Shown here piece after piece: positions 47,145-57,710 of a DNA stretch of 64,000 nt. The position numbers were made by a program, and so were the translations under genes. The DNA comes from an uncultured Poribacteria bacterium (GTDB taxonomy: Bacteria; Poribacteria; WGA-4E; WGA-3G): the NCBI GenBank assembly GCA_958296135.2, contig CATQHZ020000001.1, positions 3,040,001 through 3,104,000 of the forward strand. The letters are read 5' to 3'. The notes under the pieces were generated by a model, which saw only the letters and a list, made by a program, of their open reading frames with translations, was not told the DNA's origin and searched no databases. Within the stretch, counting starts at the first letter, position 1, and every line of letters begins with the position of its first letter.

Positions 47145-48001
47145 TTTCCTGTCGCCTCCCCATCGTCTTCACGGCCTTGCAAGGTGCGGAAATAGAGCAC
47201 TGTTCCCGCCAGCACAATGCACATCAGCATGAACGACAGCGCGGAACCGAACGGCCAATCTCGCGCCGATTTGAATTGCCGTTCAACGACGTTTCCGATG
47301 TAACTCACCTTCCCGCCGCCGAGTAAATCTGGGGTGATAAACGCGCCGACGGTGGGGATGAAAACCAACATGGATCCGGCGAGGATGCCGGGGAGGCTGA
47401 GCGGCACGGTGACGTGCCAGAAGGTGCGACGTGGCGATGCGCCTAAATCTTGTGCTGCCTCCATTAGTGACATGTCCAGTTGTTCTAGTGAGGCATACAG
47501 CGGCAAAATCATAAACGGCAGATATCCGTAGACGAGCCCGATCTGCACCGCTATCGGCGTGTTGAGCAGTTCCACCGGACCGGCAGTCGGGATGAGCACG
47601 GCGAGCAGGCTGTTTAAAACGCCTTCCGTTCGCAAGAGCAGCATCCATGCGTAGGTGCGGATGAGAAAATTTGTCCAAAAGGGAACGACGACTAGCAATA
47701 ACAGGACGTTTCGCCATTTCGGCTGATACCGCGCCAGATAGTAGGCGAACGGGTAGCCGAGTAGCAAACATAAGGCTGTCGCCACAATTGCCGTGGAGAC
47801 TGAACGCCACAGGATACCGAGGTAGAGCCCGTCAAACAGCCGCTGATAGTTTTCCAATGTGAAGTTCCACTGCACGCCGCCATAAGTGCCGCGCTCTATA
47901 AAACTATACGCAAACACGGACAGCAGCGGAATGATGAAGAAGCAGAGGAGCCAAAAGACGACAGGAAATAGCAGGATGAGAAGGCGGTAGTTGCGGTGCA
48001 T
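47141..48001 (-). CDS. potB: Spermidine/putrescine ABC transporter permease
   Basis: PFWTNFLIRTYAW, YLPFMILPLY, EAAQDLGA, RDWPFGSA. Confidence 0.9.
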   Translation of the reverse strand: MHRNYRLLILLFPVVFWLLCFFIIPLLSVFAYSFIERGTYGGVQWNFTLENYQRLFDGLYLGILWRSVSTAIVATALCLLLGYPFAYYLARYQPKWRNVLLLLVVVPFWTNFLIRTYAWMLLLRTEGVLNSLLAVLIPTAGPVELLNTPIAVQIGLVYGYLPFMILPLYASLEQLDMSLMEAAQDLGASPRRTFWHVTVPLSLPGILAGSMLVFIPTVGAFITPDLLGGGKVSYIGNVVERQFKSARDWPFGSALSFMLMCIVLAGTVLYFRTLQGREDDGEATGK

Positions 48002-48025
48002 AGACGCGGTTTCGGCCCGTGCGGT

Positions 48026-48511
48026 TTAATAGGGGACGCGCATCCCGCGATAGAATTCAGGCTCCGTGTAATCCTTCCGCAGGGGGTACCCTATCCAATC
48101 ATCAGGGAGTAAGAGGCGGCGCAGATCGCTGTGCCCCTCGAAGTGGATGCCGTAGAGATCGAACGTTTCGCGTTCGTGCCAATTCGCCGTTTTCCAGATA
48201 TGCTCCACAGTCGGGAGGTGCGGTTCATCTTTCGGCACTGGTGCTTTGATTACCACCTTATGCCGATGTTGTATCGAGTAGAGGTGATAGACGACGGTGA
48301 ATTCCTCGTCGCGTGCGCTGAAGTCTACGCCGCTCAGCGACATCAACGAATCGAACGCTAATGTCTCGGTTTCGGCGAGGTATGCGCAGACATCGGCGAC
48401 GGCGAGGGCGGCGACGCGAATGCTCGGGTCGCCGGCAAGTTCCGCGTCAAAACCGAGGACTGCCTCGCCGAACTGCTGGGATAGCGTTTCATAAATTTCT
48501 TCGGGTTTCAC
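48026..48511 (-). CDS. nuoC: NADH-quinone oxidoreductase subunit C
   Basis: LSGVD, VVYHLYS, ANWHERETFDLYGI.F.GH.DLRRLLLP, PLRKDY. Confidence 0.93.
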   Translation of the reverse strand: MKPEEIYETLSQQFGEAVLGFDAELAGDPSIRVAALAVADVCAYLAETETLAFDSLMSLSGVDFSARDEEFTVVYHLYSIQHRHKVVIKAPVPKDEPHLPTVEHIWKTANWHERETFDLYGIHFEGHSDLRRLLLPDDWIGYPLRKDYTEPEFYRGMRVPY

Positions 48512-48578
48512 GTGTTTGCTTCACTCCATAGTTGAAACGGGCGGATATGGAAATCCACGCTTATAGTATCGGGTGACT

Positions 48579-49139
48579 TTACTCTGCAGCCTCTCCTTCC
48601 CCTTCGTGCTGGTACCATTCGGTTTTGGTAAAGAGTTTTTTCAGGAATGGCACGTGGGCGCGCTTGGCCACGGTCTGCGTCCGGATTTTCTCCTGCAACT
48701 TGAGCAACCCTTCGATGAGTGCTTCTGGGCGCGGGGGACATCCCGGCACGTAAACATCAACGGGGATAATCCGGTCTACGCCTTTGAGGACGTGGTATCC
48801 GTGTTGCCAATAGGGTCCGCCGCTCGTGGCGCAGCTGCCCATCGAGATGACGTATTTCGGCTCGGGCATTTGTTCGTAGAGCCGCTTGATGCGCGTTGCC
48901 ATTTTGAGTGTTACGGTGCCGGAGATAACCATCAGATCGGATTGGCGCGGTGTTGCGCGTGGCACGCCGGCCCCGAACCGGTCCAAGTCATAGTTAGAAG
49001 CCGCCGCCGCCATGAACTCAATTGCGCAGCAGGCGAGTCCGAACGTCATCGGCCAGAGTGCCGAGGAACGCGCCCAGTTGGCGACAGCATCAACGGATGT
49101 GACGATAACGTTTTTGTCGAGTTTTTCATCAATTATCAT
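48579..49139 (-). CDS. nuoB: NADH-quinone oxidoreductase subunit B
   Basis: [33 protein letters not shown]. Confidence 0.96.
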   Translation of the reverse strand: MIIDEKLDKNVIVTSVDAVANWARSSALWPMTFGLACCAIEFMAAAASNYDLDRFGAGVPRATPRQSDLMVISGTVTLKMATRIKRLYEQMPEPKYVISMGSCATSGGPYWQHGYHVLKGVDRIIPVDVYVPGCPPRPEALIEGLLKLQEKIRTQTVAKRAHVPFLKKLFTKTEWYQHEGEGEAAE

Positions 49140-49539
49140 GAGTTTCTTCCCTCCGTAGGGATTGCACTGCCAGTTGTGTGGAACGGATCCACTCCAGATC
49201 GCCCTTCGCCCAGACGTAGGCGAGGCCGACTAAGAGGATAGCGATGAAGACGAGCATCTCTAAAAATGCGAACATCCCCATTTTGCGGAAAACTACCGCC
49301 CATGGGAAAAGGAACACTGTTTCCACATCGAAAATGAGGAAGATGAGCGCGATGACGTAGAAGCGCGTGTTAAACTTAATTCGTGTGTCGCCGACCGGGT
49401 CTTCGCCGCATTCATAGGGAATATACTTCTCGCCGGAATACAACTTCGTGTGTAGTAGGCGAGAGAGAGTCAGGTTGAGTACGACAAAGAGACAGCCGAC
49501 ACCTAAGAAAATGAGTACATTTGCAAAGTTGAATAGCAT
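49129..49539 (-). CDS. nuoA: NADH-quinone oxidoreductase subunit A
   Basis: [29 protein letters not shown]. Confidence 0.95.
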   Translation of the reverse strand: MLFNFANVLIFLGVGCLFVVLNLTLSRLLHTKLYSGEKYIPYECGEDPVGDTRIKFNTRFYVIALIFLIFDVETVFLFPWAVVFRKMGMFAFLEMLVFIAILLVGLAYVWAKGDLEWIRSTQLAVQSLRREETHDN

Positions 49540-49756
49540 GTAGTTTTGTCCTTAAGCGTTTTGTGGTTAATAGTATATATTATATTGGGTTATTTTGCAA
49601 GAAAAAATGGAGTTTTTGTGTTCCTTCGGATTTCGGGCGCGCTTGGTTTCGTTTTGACTTCCGCCGCCGAGGGGAAGAGGTTGAGCCCCGTATTTGCCTC
49701 CCCTCCTTTTTGTGAAAGAAGTTACGCTGTGTTTCCATCGGAAAAGCATTGAGCTC

Positions 49757-50725
49757 TCAAAGTTTCATTTTGCTCCACGTCGTAGTCAACAGCTGCGGCT
49801 GCGGCGAAACAGGCAAACGCCTCGGATCAAACCAACTCTTAGGGAAATTGTTGCCACGCCGCGTCAACTGCGTGACACTACGGGTGCCTAAATCAATCTT
49901 GAAGATCTGGCTCCCCTCTTTAGGAACTGCTTGTGAATAGAGAAGTTCGTCACCTGTCGGAGACCAGACGGGCGCGTTTGCGAAAACGTCAACGAGCTGC
50001 TCAAGCCCACTTCCATCACGGTTCACGATGAATATGGATTGTTGCTGCGCCGCAGTTCTGTGCCAGACAAAAGCGATTTTTGTCCCATCCGGTGACCAGG
50101 CGGGTTGATACATCCTCGGCTCATCGTCAGGTAAAAGCGTCTGCTGTTTGCGGGTTTTTAAGTCAATAAAGCGGATTTGGCGGCTCGCCCAGTGAATCTC
50201 CTCTGCTACAACAAAGGCGATTTCTGTCCCCTCCGGTGCCCAGGTCGGCTGTCCGCTCTCCACGCTATTGACTTGGAGGACGCGCTTCACTAAGGTCCCG
50301 TCTGTCTTAGCGGTGTAAAGGGTTGTAACGTCGGTACCAAGGTCAGACTGCGCGTAAGCGATTCGCCTACCATCAGGCGACCAGGTGCCGCCGCTTCGGT
50401 ATGCCTTCTCAATTTTAAACAGGGGCCGCACCCGCTGTCCATCGGTGTCCATGAGATAGAGGTCGCGAGGGCCACCGCGGTCTGACATAAACAAAATCTG
50501 TTCGCCGGTCGGCGACCAGACGGGCCTGAGATCTGCCGCGCGATGATGCGTCAATCTCACTTGTTGACTGCCGTCGGGATTCATCGAAAAGATTTCCCAA
50601 TTGCCATCCCGGTTTGACGTAAACAAGATTTTTTCGGTTGCAGGTGCCTTCGCCGATACCGGACATAACAACGCGAAACTTAGGCAGCACAAACCGAAAA
50701 TGTGTAGGAGTTTTTTGATTGACAT
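49757..50725 (-). CDS. Secreted TolB-like WD40/PD40 beta-propeller with C-terminal VSPQPQLLTTTWSKMK tail
   Basis: AAGGAG RBS; signal peptide; repeated WSPDG/WSPTG blades. Confidence 0.88.
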   Translation of the reverse strand: MSIKKLLHIFGLCCLSFALLCPVSAKAPATEKILFTSNRDGNWEIFSMNPDGSQQVRLTHHRAADLRPVWSPTGEQILFMSDRGGPRDLYLMDTDGQRVRPLFKIEKAYRSGGTWSPDGRRIAYAQSDLGTDVTTLYTAKTDGTLVKRVLQVNSVESGQPTWAPEGTEIAFVVAEEIHWASRQIRFIDLKTRKQQTLLPDDEPRMYQPAWSPDGTKIAFVWHRTAAQQQSIFIVNRDGSGLEQLVDVFANAPVWSPTGDELLYSQAVPKEGSQIFKIDLGTRSVTQLTRRGNNFPKSWFDPRRLPVSPQPQLLTTTWSKMKL

Positions 50726-50980
50726 GAGAGATCTCCTTATCATTGCTATTGCTATTTTACAGTGAGACATCCGCGAAGAATTGGGCCCCGCCCTGCGTCA
50801 GTTATTTCGGAGGCGCGTCCAACCCCAATCGGTGCCCGAGCATTTTTCTTTTGACTTCAGGAAGGGACAGATATTGAAAACTGTCCTTACGAACCGAAGA
50901 AACGCGACTTGCAGCGCGCCTACCGGCATTTTAAAAGAAAAAGGGCGGATATGGACATCCGCCCTTACACCATTCAAATC

Positions 50981-52459
50981 TTACTCAAAACCGCCAACCT
51001 TGGCAGCTTCAGGCGCGCGCGTCGGCAGCTCCTTCTTCGCTAATGTGTCTTCAGGCACATAGCCGGAGTAATCTGAAATCTTGCCGTGCGTCAACGCATA
51101 CACGACAACGTTCGTCATGAAACGATACACACCCGGCGAATAGTGCACACTCCGCGTCGGAAGACTCACCGACTCCATCGCGCACATATAGTCACGACGG
51201 ACGACGATGACAGACAACTTCTCGCCGACAGAGATACCTTCAAGGTAGTTCCGTTTCGGTGGACGCGTCCCCCACCAGAAGATGTCAAAGCCTACCGGCG
51301 GGCCACCCATTTCGTAGAAATTGTCGTAGACCTCGTGCTCATTGTCAATCCGCTCGATCTGGAATTCGGGCATGACGTAACGCATCTGCGCGAGGAAGAG
51401 ACGAATCATCGCCTGCGCAGGCGCGTTCACACCGCAGTCGTCAAAGACGAGGAATCCGCCTTTTTCAACGAGGTAGCGGCGCATGCCAGAGGCTTCAGTT
51501 TCGGTGAGACGGCTATCCATCTTACCACCGCCATACTGCCTGCCGAGCAGGTTACGGGACCGGACGAGTGAAGGATCGTGCCCTGTCATGAAGACGAAGG
51601 GTGTTTTGAAGAGGTTCGCATCGGTGAGTTTCAATGCACCGCCTTCAACGTTCATGTCTGTCTTAATCTTCGTCCGCTCGTTGAGCCATTTCGTCAAGGC
51701 GTTCAGCGAAGATGCATCAGCCCACCAGTCAGAGAGGCTGTGACGGATGCGTGTGAACCGGAAGACACCACGAATGTCGCGGCCTTTACCGATGACGCGG
51801 CCACCGGGTTCGCCTCTGGGCAGCGGCGGCACTTCAACGTTACCGAGGGTGATGTTTTCAACGACATCGCCGAGGGCATCGCGCGCCGCACCCACATGTT
51901 CAACCATCGCGAGACCGGGCGGCCGTTCAAACGCCACCTTCACCTGCACTGCACCGCCTGCCACGCCGCGGCCGATGTTCGCCGGGCCAGCAGAAGGAGC
52001 CGTCGCAACGGGTGCAGAAAATGCCAGCGCGCCGGGCGCATCGGATACCGGCAGGTCTGTGTGTGTAACCACCTGCGGCACAGGCGCGTTCGGCGTGACA
52101 ACCTTCGGCACGTTCGGGTTAATCGGCGCATCTACCTTCACCGCTTGGTTGGAAAATTCCAACACCGTCTGCGGTTGGAAGTTGGACTTTGCAACAAACG
52201 CAGTAGTCACACGCGGCTGCACTTGGACTTGTTCAACGACGACAGTGTTCTGCGTCGGAACGGTCGGTTTGATATCAGGCTTGACAACGGGCTTACGTAC
52301 CTTCGGCTTCGGCGGTTCCTTCGGCTGAAGGACTTCGGCACCAACGAGGTCTTTGAATTGTTCCGTCTGGGTAACGAGATAGATACCCGCGATGAAAGCG
52401 ATGACCACGTGTAGCACGACCGAAGTCATGAAGGCACCGGAAGTTCTTTTGGCACTCAT
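50981..52459 (-). CDS. Membrane-anchored Pro/Val-rich protein with C-terminal DUF4159-like domain
   Basis: N-terminal SVVLHV anchor (TonB-like), Pro-rich stalk, PFVFMTGH, YLVEKGGFLVFDD, NVVVYALTH. Confidence 0.75.
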   Translation of the reverse strand: MSAKRTSGAFMTSVVLHVVIAFIAGIYLVTQTEQFKDLVGAEVLQPKEPPKPKVRKPVVKPDIKPTVPTQNTVVVEQVQVQPRVTTAFVAKSNFQPQTVLEFSNQAVKVDAPINPNVPKVVTPNAPVPQVVTHTDLPVSDAPGALAFSAPVATAPSAGPANIGRGVAGGAVQVKVAFERPPGLAMVEHVGAARDALGDVVENITLGNVEVPPLPRGEPGGRVIGKGRDIRGVFRFTRIRHSLSDWWADASSLNALTKWLNERTKIKTDMNVEGGALKLTDANLFKTPFVFMTGHDPSLVRSRNLLGRQYGGGKMDSRLTETEASGMRRYLVEKGGFLVFDDCGVNAPAQAMIRLFLAQMRYVMPEFQIERIDNEHEVYDNFYEMGGPPVGFDIFWWGTRPPKRNYLEGISVGEKLSVIVVRRDYMCAMESVSLPTRSVHYSPGVYRFMTNVVVYALTHGKISDYSGYVPEDTLAKKELPTRAPEAAKVGGFE

Positions 52460-52609
52460 GTTTTTACCTCCAAGGGATAGTGGTTTCGCGGAACGTATCC
52501 GGTAGGCGTGCTCTATAGGGGCGCGCCTGCCGCAACGCGCACTCAGCGCGCCTACGGGAGTCCGCGGAAATCCTTACACAAAAAATAAAATTGTTGATGC
52601 AAAGAGACT

Positions 52610-52626
52610 TGCAATTTCTATGCCAA
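52610..52626 (-). promoter_or_regulatory. sigma54 (-24/-12) promoter upstream of the DUF4159-like gene
   Basis: Minus strand TTGGCATAGAAATTGCA: GG-N10-GC spacing. Confidence 0.65.
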
Positions 52627-52818
52627 TTAATATGCAGGTATCGTGGCATCAAAACGGGCAACATTGCACGAAAAGGGGTAATTCTCTCTTCATGCTGCAC
52701 AAAAAGGGGCAATGCCCGATTTATCCGGCAGTCTGATGTCGCCCCGGACAGCAGACCGCGGCGCGTCGGGGTGGATATATCCACCCTGACGAAACACCGA
52801 GAAGGCTGTTACGGCGCC

Positions 52819-53589
52819 TTATCCGCCGATGTGGAGAAGAATTTGTCGATACGCGGCTTCTGTTTCTTCCAACGTCAGTGTGATGCTATTGGACATCAGC
52901 GATGCCTTGCCGCGACGCGATTTGACTGGAAGATACAGGGCCCGCTTTTCGTCTTTGTGCTTCGATTTGATAAACTCGATCTGTTCGCGGATTTCGTTAA
53001 TTGCGTCACGCTTCACCGCAGGCGTAAGCGCGGCATCCACGTTGGACTGGAGCCGCGCAATGTCCTGCTCCAATTCAACTATCTGTGGGTGTGGTTCTAG
53101 CAGCGACTCTCGGTAGACCTCCAATTCAACCTCTACTGCTATCGTGTAGGTGCCTGCTGGCAGCCGGTAATATTGCCGCAAATTTTCCAGCGAGACAGTC
53201 TGCTGCGCGCCGGCTTTCAGTTCAAATCCCTGAATGCATCGAACGGATTTTCCCTGGTGTATCACATATTTTTGCGGGTTTTCCATCGTGATGGGCCGTT
53301 TGCGCTTGACAACCTCGCCGTTTGCATTCGTGACTGTTATGGCAGTAAAAGCACTTTTAGTTGCGACGGTAACAAACGGCACGAAGAGGTCGAATTTCCC
53401 GTTCTGGATGCTGATTTCAAGCGGGATGGCTTCCTTCGCGGCGTAACTGGTTTTTGGCGTTGATAGGTGGATTTCCACGAGTGCCTGCGGTGCAGAGGTT
53501 TCGCCAACAGGTTGTGTGGTCGTCTGCTGGCTGCCGAGGCAACCGAGTAGGAAGACCAGGACGAGATAAAAAGGTGTAAAGCGTTTCAT
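52819..53589 (-). CDS. Hypothetical lipoprotein
   Basis: MKRFTPFYLVLVFLLGC lipobox; Ig-like strands interrupted by a helical hairpin. Confidence 0.7.
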   Translation of the reverse strand: MKRFTPFYLVLVFLLGCLGSQQTTTQPVGETSAPQALVEIHLSTPKTSYAAKEAIPLEISIQNGKFDLFVPFVTVATKSAFTAITVTNANGEVVKRKRPITMENPQKYVIHQGKSVRCIQGFELKAGAQQTVSLENLRQYYRLPAGTYTIAVEVELEVYRESLLEPHPQIVELEQDIARLQSNVDAALTPAVKRDAINEIREQIEFIKSKHKDEKRALYLPVKSRRGKASLMSNSITLTLEETEAAYRQILLHIGG

Positions 53590-53734
53590 AAGTTTCTCTT
53601 TCCTTGTTATGTAGGACTGACGCAGCATCAGTTCCGTAGGTAGGATTTCGATCTTGAACGGGTCCAGATCCGGCGAACTCATCTGGTTTCTATACAGCGG
53701 AAACCAGACGCGTCAAACTCATTTGGTATGAGTC

Positions 53735-54823
53735 CTATCGCGATTCAAGCTGCACGCCCAAACCCGGTCGGTTGGGCACGTTGATAAAGCCGTTGACAAT
53801 GTTTTCAGGTGGGGAGACGAGGGCGGCACGCCAGTTCACCTCGCCCCACGCGTATTCCAAGATGGCGAAGTTTGGCACACTCGCCATGCACTGCACACTC
53901 GCGGCAGTTGCGATGGGGCCGCTCGGATTGTGCGGCGTTACCATCACGTTCTGTGCCTCGGCGAGGGCGGCTATCTTTTTCAACCCCAACAATCCGCCGA
54001 CGTGTTTGACATCCGGCAAGATGTAATCGACGCGTCCCTGTTTAAGTAGCCGGTCGAAGGCGGAAAGGGTGCGGAGGCGTTCCCCGGTCGCGATGGGCAT
54101 GGAGGTGGAGCAGCTCACGTGCGCGAGCGCATCCAGATTATCCAGAGGCACCGGGTCTTCCACCCAGAAGAGGTGCAGGTCATCCAACTCTTTCGCGACT
54201 TGGACGATGATACCGGTGTTAAAACGGCTGTGACAATCTACCATCAGTTCGATGTCAGCACCGATTGTGGCACGAATCGCGCGAATCCGATCGATGCCGA
54301 GACGGATGGCTGGCGTGAGGCTGCCGTGTGAGATATTCACCACCGACACATCGTCGAACGGCGCGCATTTTATCGCTGTGAAGCCTTCGGAAACCGCCAT
54401 CTCTGCATTGCGAGCGAAGCCGTCGGGGCTCCGTTCTACCGTGGCGCGGTTGATATTCGCGTAAAGACGAATCTTGTCGCGGCATTTGCCACCTAACAGT
54501 TGATAACTGGGTAGGTTTAACGCCTTACCTGCCAAATCCCAGGTTGCCTGTTCAATACCGCTGAGCGCGGTGTGATAGGCTTGCCCCTCGGCATCGGGAT
54601 AGAACCTGCGTCGGAATGCCTCAAACTGAAAGACATTCCATCCGATGAGTGCCGGTGTCAGTGTTTCAATGATATGCGCGACGCGCGCATCATCCCTGCC
54701 GTGCGATGCCTCACCGATGCTGACTGTGCCATTGTCTGCATGGACTTTGACGAAGAGCCAATCGCCGCGGTGATTCACCGGAACAGTTTTGGTTTCTATA
54801 GCGGTGACTTTCAGTGTGTGCAT
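53735..54823 (-). CDS. Mandelate racemase/enolase-superfamily dehydratase (DgoD-like)
   Basis: WDLAGK, LLGGKCRD, MVDCH, WVEDP, ATGE, PHNPSGP, RPGLG. Confidence 0.88.
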   Translation of the reverse strand: MHTLKVTAIETKTVPVNHRGDWLFVKVHADNGTVSIGEASHGRDDARVAHIIETLTPALIGWNVFQFEAFRRRFYPDAEGQAYHTALSGIEQATWDLAGKALNLPSYQLLGGKCRDKIRLYANINRATVERSPDGFARNAEMAVSEGFTAIKCAPFDDVSVVNISHGSLTPAIRLGIDRIRAIRATIGADIELMVDCHSRFNTGIIVQVAKELDDLHLFWVEDPVPLDNLDALAHVSCSTSMPIATGERLRTLSAFDRLLKQGRVDYILPDVKHVGGLLGLKKIAALAEAQNVMVTPHNPSGPIATAASVQCMASVPNFAILEYAWGEVNWRAALVSPPENIVNGFINVPNRPGLGVQLESR

Positions 54824-54882
54824 CCGATCCCAAACTCCGAGGGGGGCGGATAGTTAACAATATCCGCCCTTACAATACCGAA

Positions 54883-55530
54883 TTATGCGTTAGCGGCCCA
54901 CTTGGCTGCTTGTGTGATGAACTTTTGCATCCCGGCGCGTTCAAAGGTGCCGGGGCCGTGTCCCAACGTGGTATAGAAGACGCGTCCTGAGCCGTAGGGC
55001 TTCACCCACGCCATTGGATGCGCCTTGCCAAACCACTCGGCGGAAGCCAAGACGTGAATGTGCGGTTCGTGCGCGGAGATGTAAATTTCATCTTCCACGT
55101 CAAAGTCCACAACGTCTTGCGTCGTCGGGTGTTCGGGATCCTCAATATGCACCGTGAAGGTAGAGCCCGGCGGGTGCCAGTTTGAGTGGCCGCCGATGAG
55201 GTCTGCGGCTCGGCCGCCGATCCACCAGGCGGTGCCATGAATGCCGACGAGCCCTTTGCCGCCGCGGACGTAGCGGAACAAGCCAGCCTCTTCTTCGGGG
55301 GCTAGATCGGGTACGTGCGCTACAGAGCCATCGGCTTGCCGCTCGGTGCGCGTGAAGCCAGTGCCGAAGACGCACGCATCGTAACTGTTCAATTCGGTGG
55401 AGGCTAATATTGCTTTGTCGTCGGTGAGCGTGGCTGAAATATCAGCATCGGCGGCGAGGAAGTCGTGAATGACGCTTGCGCTCGCATCAAAGCGATGGTT
55501 TTCACCGGATAGCACGAGAATTTTTGACAT
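54883..55530 (-). CDS. ThuA-like (glutamine amidotransferase-fold) protein
   Basis: GGKGLVGIH, HP, DEIY, PMAWVKPYGSGRVFYTTLGH. Confidence 0.88.
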   Translation of the reverse strand: MSKILVLSGENHRFDASASVIHDFLAADADISATLTDDKAILASTELNSYDACVFGTGFTRTERQADGSVAHVPDLAPEEEAGLFRYVRGGKGLVGIHGTAWWIGGRAADLIGGHSNWHPPGSTFTVHIEDPEHPTTQDVVDFDVEDEIYISAHEPHIHVLASAEWFGKAHPMAWVKPYGSGRVFYTTLGHGPGTFERAGMQKFITQAAKWAANA

Positions 55531-55685
55531 GATTGTCTCCTTTAGAATTGCTTATCCTGAGAAATCAGACCTAAAAACTGCATGTTGACTATTGTAAATG
55601 AAAACCAGAATTGTGTCAAGTTATTTTTTTGAATTGTCAGGGAGGATAGAGACATCCGTCCTGACACACCCTGGCTGCGCACGGC

Positions 55686-56636
55686 TTATTTTCTTCGCCA
55701 CCAACTTTTTTTATTCTGATACGATGCCAGCAATTTTGAAATCGCCTTATCCTTTTTATCCAGATGCAGCACTGCCTCGCACGCCTGAATTACTTTTTGC
55801 TTTGCTGTCTCATCTTGGGTGTGGGAATAGACGTGGTGATAACTCTGCGCGACGGCGGCGTAATAGGCCGCGCTGTCCACACCCGCTGGTACCTCGTCGG
55901 GGAGTTCAGCGAGGCATGCAACCGCCTCTTCCCACGCCTCGGCGTTCGCGTAACATATAACTTTGTGAAACAACGGCGCGGGTTGCGAATCGTCAAGCCA
56001 ATATGCCTCCTCATAACAGGACACCGCCTCGGTATAGGCATCGTTGGCAATGTGCAATTCGGCGAGTTCGGTATAGAAGGCATAGAGCCCGCTAGTTGTT
56101 ATCGTGTAAAGTTCCGAGCCACTTCCGGCGAGCCATTCTCTCTCCAATAGGAATTCGATGGCGGAATTCACTTCTTCTTCCGTGATACGGACATCAGAGA
56201 GGAGATGCTTCGCTACGGCGGCGTTTGGGAAAATCTTGGTGCGGCTCTTCAGCAGCGGATACGCTTGCACCGGTTTCTCCATCGCCAGCAGTTTAATTCC
56301 CGTTGCGATTCGGAAAAGAGAGACGATTGCGTCGCTGTTTTTGCGCGACATTTCATCGGCTATCTGCTCTCGGTTTTGCGAGAAGTGCAGATTGAGTTCA
56401 TCTATCGCGGCTCGGATGTCGGCGTTTCTGGGTTCAAGTTGATGTGCTTGTGCCAAAAACCGCTGCGCGGCGAAGAGTTCACTCCACTCGCGATAGATAA
56501 CTCCGAGCCGAAAATTGGCGTGTGCAAGCGTCGCCGTTTCTTCGGTTGTACCGAGAATAGTATCGTAAGCCCGAATGGCTTCGGCGAGGTGTCCCTCGGT
56601 CTCTAGCGTTTGGGCGTGATGGATTAGGTTTGGCAT
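55686..56636 (-). CDS. TPR-repeat protein
   Basis: TPR helices (FRLGVIY..AQRFLAQAHQLEP; YTEAVSCYEEAY); central winged-helix-like segment. Confidence 0.75.
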   Translation of the reverse strand: MPNLIHHAQTLETEGHLAEAIRAYDTILGTTEETATLAHANFRLGVIYREWSELFAAQRFLAQAHQLEPRNADIRAAIDELNLHFSQNREQIADEMSRKNSDAIVSLFRIATGIKLLAMEKPVQAYPLLKSRTKIFPNAAVAKHLLSDVRITEEEVNSAIEFLLEREWLAGSGSELYTITTSGLYAFYTELAELHIANDAYTEAVSCYEEAYWLDDSQPAPLFHKVICYANAEAWEEAVACLAELPDEVPAGVDSAAYYAAVAQSYHHVYSHTQDETAKQKVIQACEAVLHLDKKDKAISKLLASYQNKKSWWRRK

Positions 56637-56736
56637 TTTTCGTACTAGCGCAAGGCGTTCAATAACGGTGGTTGGTGCGATGTCGTCTTCCTCTGTATCT
56701 CCGCATGCGCCGTTGTTGCATGCTCGGTTTTCGATG

Positions 56737-56949
56737 CTAAGGTTCTAGGGAGGATTCCCATTCCTCTGTCGCGGCGGCGAATTGCTCGGAAAGTTCCGTA
56801 GAGACAGTCTGCTCAAGCACCTGAATCAGGTCTGCGCGGAATTGCGCCCAGTCGTTGCCGCGGCGCGTATACCGAATCCTATCGTCGATTTCGATAAACA
56901 TCGTGTCGTTCGGTTCGGACATGGATTCAAAATAGCGGGTGACGTTCAT
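56737..56949 (-). CDS. Small hypothetical protein
   Basis: AAAGGA RBS, 70 aa, co-directional in the operon. Confidence 0.6.
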   Translation of the reverse strand: MNVTRYFESMSEPNDTMFIEIDDRIRYTRRGNDWAQFRADLIQVLEQTVSTELSEQFAAATEEWESSLEP

Positions 56950-57017
56950 ATTTTTTCCTTTCTTTTAGTTTTGGCAAGATTGCCTGAGGATTAAGTAAAG
57001 AAACCGGTCATTTTATG

Positions 57018-57710
57018 TCAAAGTATCCATTCATGCATTTCCCAGCCGGCGGAGAGTGCTTTCTCGCGGAGGGATTTTCTCGGGTTCACAACAGCGGGAT
57101 TGCCGACGCACTCTAACATCGGCAGGTCAGATTGACTGTCGCCGTAGGCGTAGCAATTATCAAGTGAGATGCTGTGTTTCGCGGCGAAGGTGTGCATCGC
57201 TTTCGCCTTCTGCTCTCCGATGAGCGGCAGCGTTGTCAGTTCACCGGTGAACTGTCCGGTTCGTTCGCGGAGTTGTGGTGCTAAGACGTAGTCTACGGCA
57301 AGGAAATCGGCAAGCGGTTGCATAATGAAATCTAGCGAGCCGGTTACGAGGACGATTGCCGCGCCTTGCTCCTGATGTTCCTGAATTTGCGATATGGCGG
57401 CGGGAAAGATTTTGGTGCGTAGGTAGTCCTCAAACATCTCCTCGGACAACGCTTTGACACTTTCCACGTCCATCCCGCGATAGTTACGATAGAAGACCTG
57501 GTTGAACCGCGGTCTGCTCACTCTGTCCAAAATCAGGTAGTAAACGATTTTGGGAAGGAACGCCGCCAGCCACAACGGTTTCAAAAAGAGTGGAAGTTGT
57601 GACATGCGCAACCAGAGGTAGTAATGCACAATCGTGGCATCCAGGAGCGTGCCGTCTACATCAAAGAACGCTATAGTATCGGATGCCAGTGGCGTTTTTT
57701 TTGCGTCCAT
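57018..57710 (-). CDS. HAD-IB family phosphatase (SerB-like)
   Basis: FFDVDGTL, LVTGS, K, AYGDSQSDLPML, VNP; start overlaps the stop of the megaenzyme gene. Confidence 0.92.
   Translation of the reverse strand: MDAKKTPLASDTIAFFDVDGTLLDATIVHYYLWLRMSQLPLFLKPLWLAAFLPKIVYYLILDRVSRPRFNQVFYRNYRGMDVESVKALSEEMFEDYLRTKIFPAAISQIQEHQEQGAAIVLVTGSLDFIMQPLADFLAVDYVLAPQLRERTGQFTGELTTLPLIGEQKAKAMHTFAAKHSISLDNCYAYGDSQSDLPMLECVGNPAVVNPRKSLREKALSAGWEMHEWIL

Noticed and set aside
56659-56721. 20-aa Arg-rich mini-ORF MQQRRMRRYRGRRHRTNHRY on the minus strand
   Set aside because: No clear RBS and too short to distinguish from chance without conservation data.
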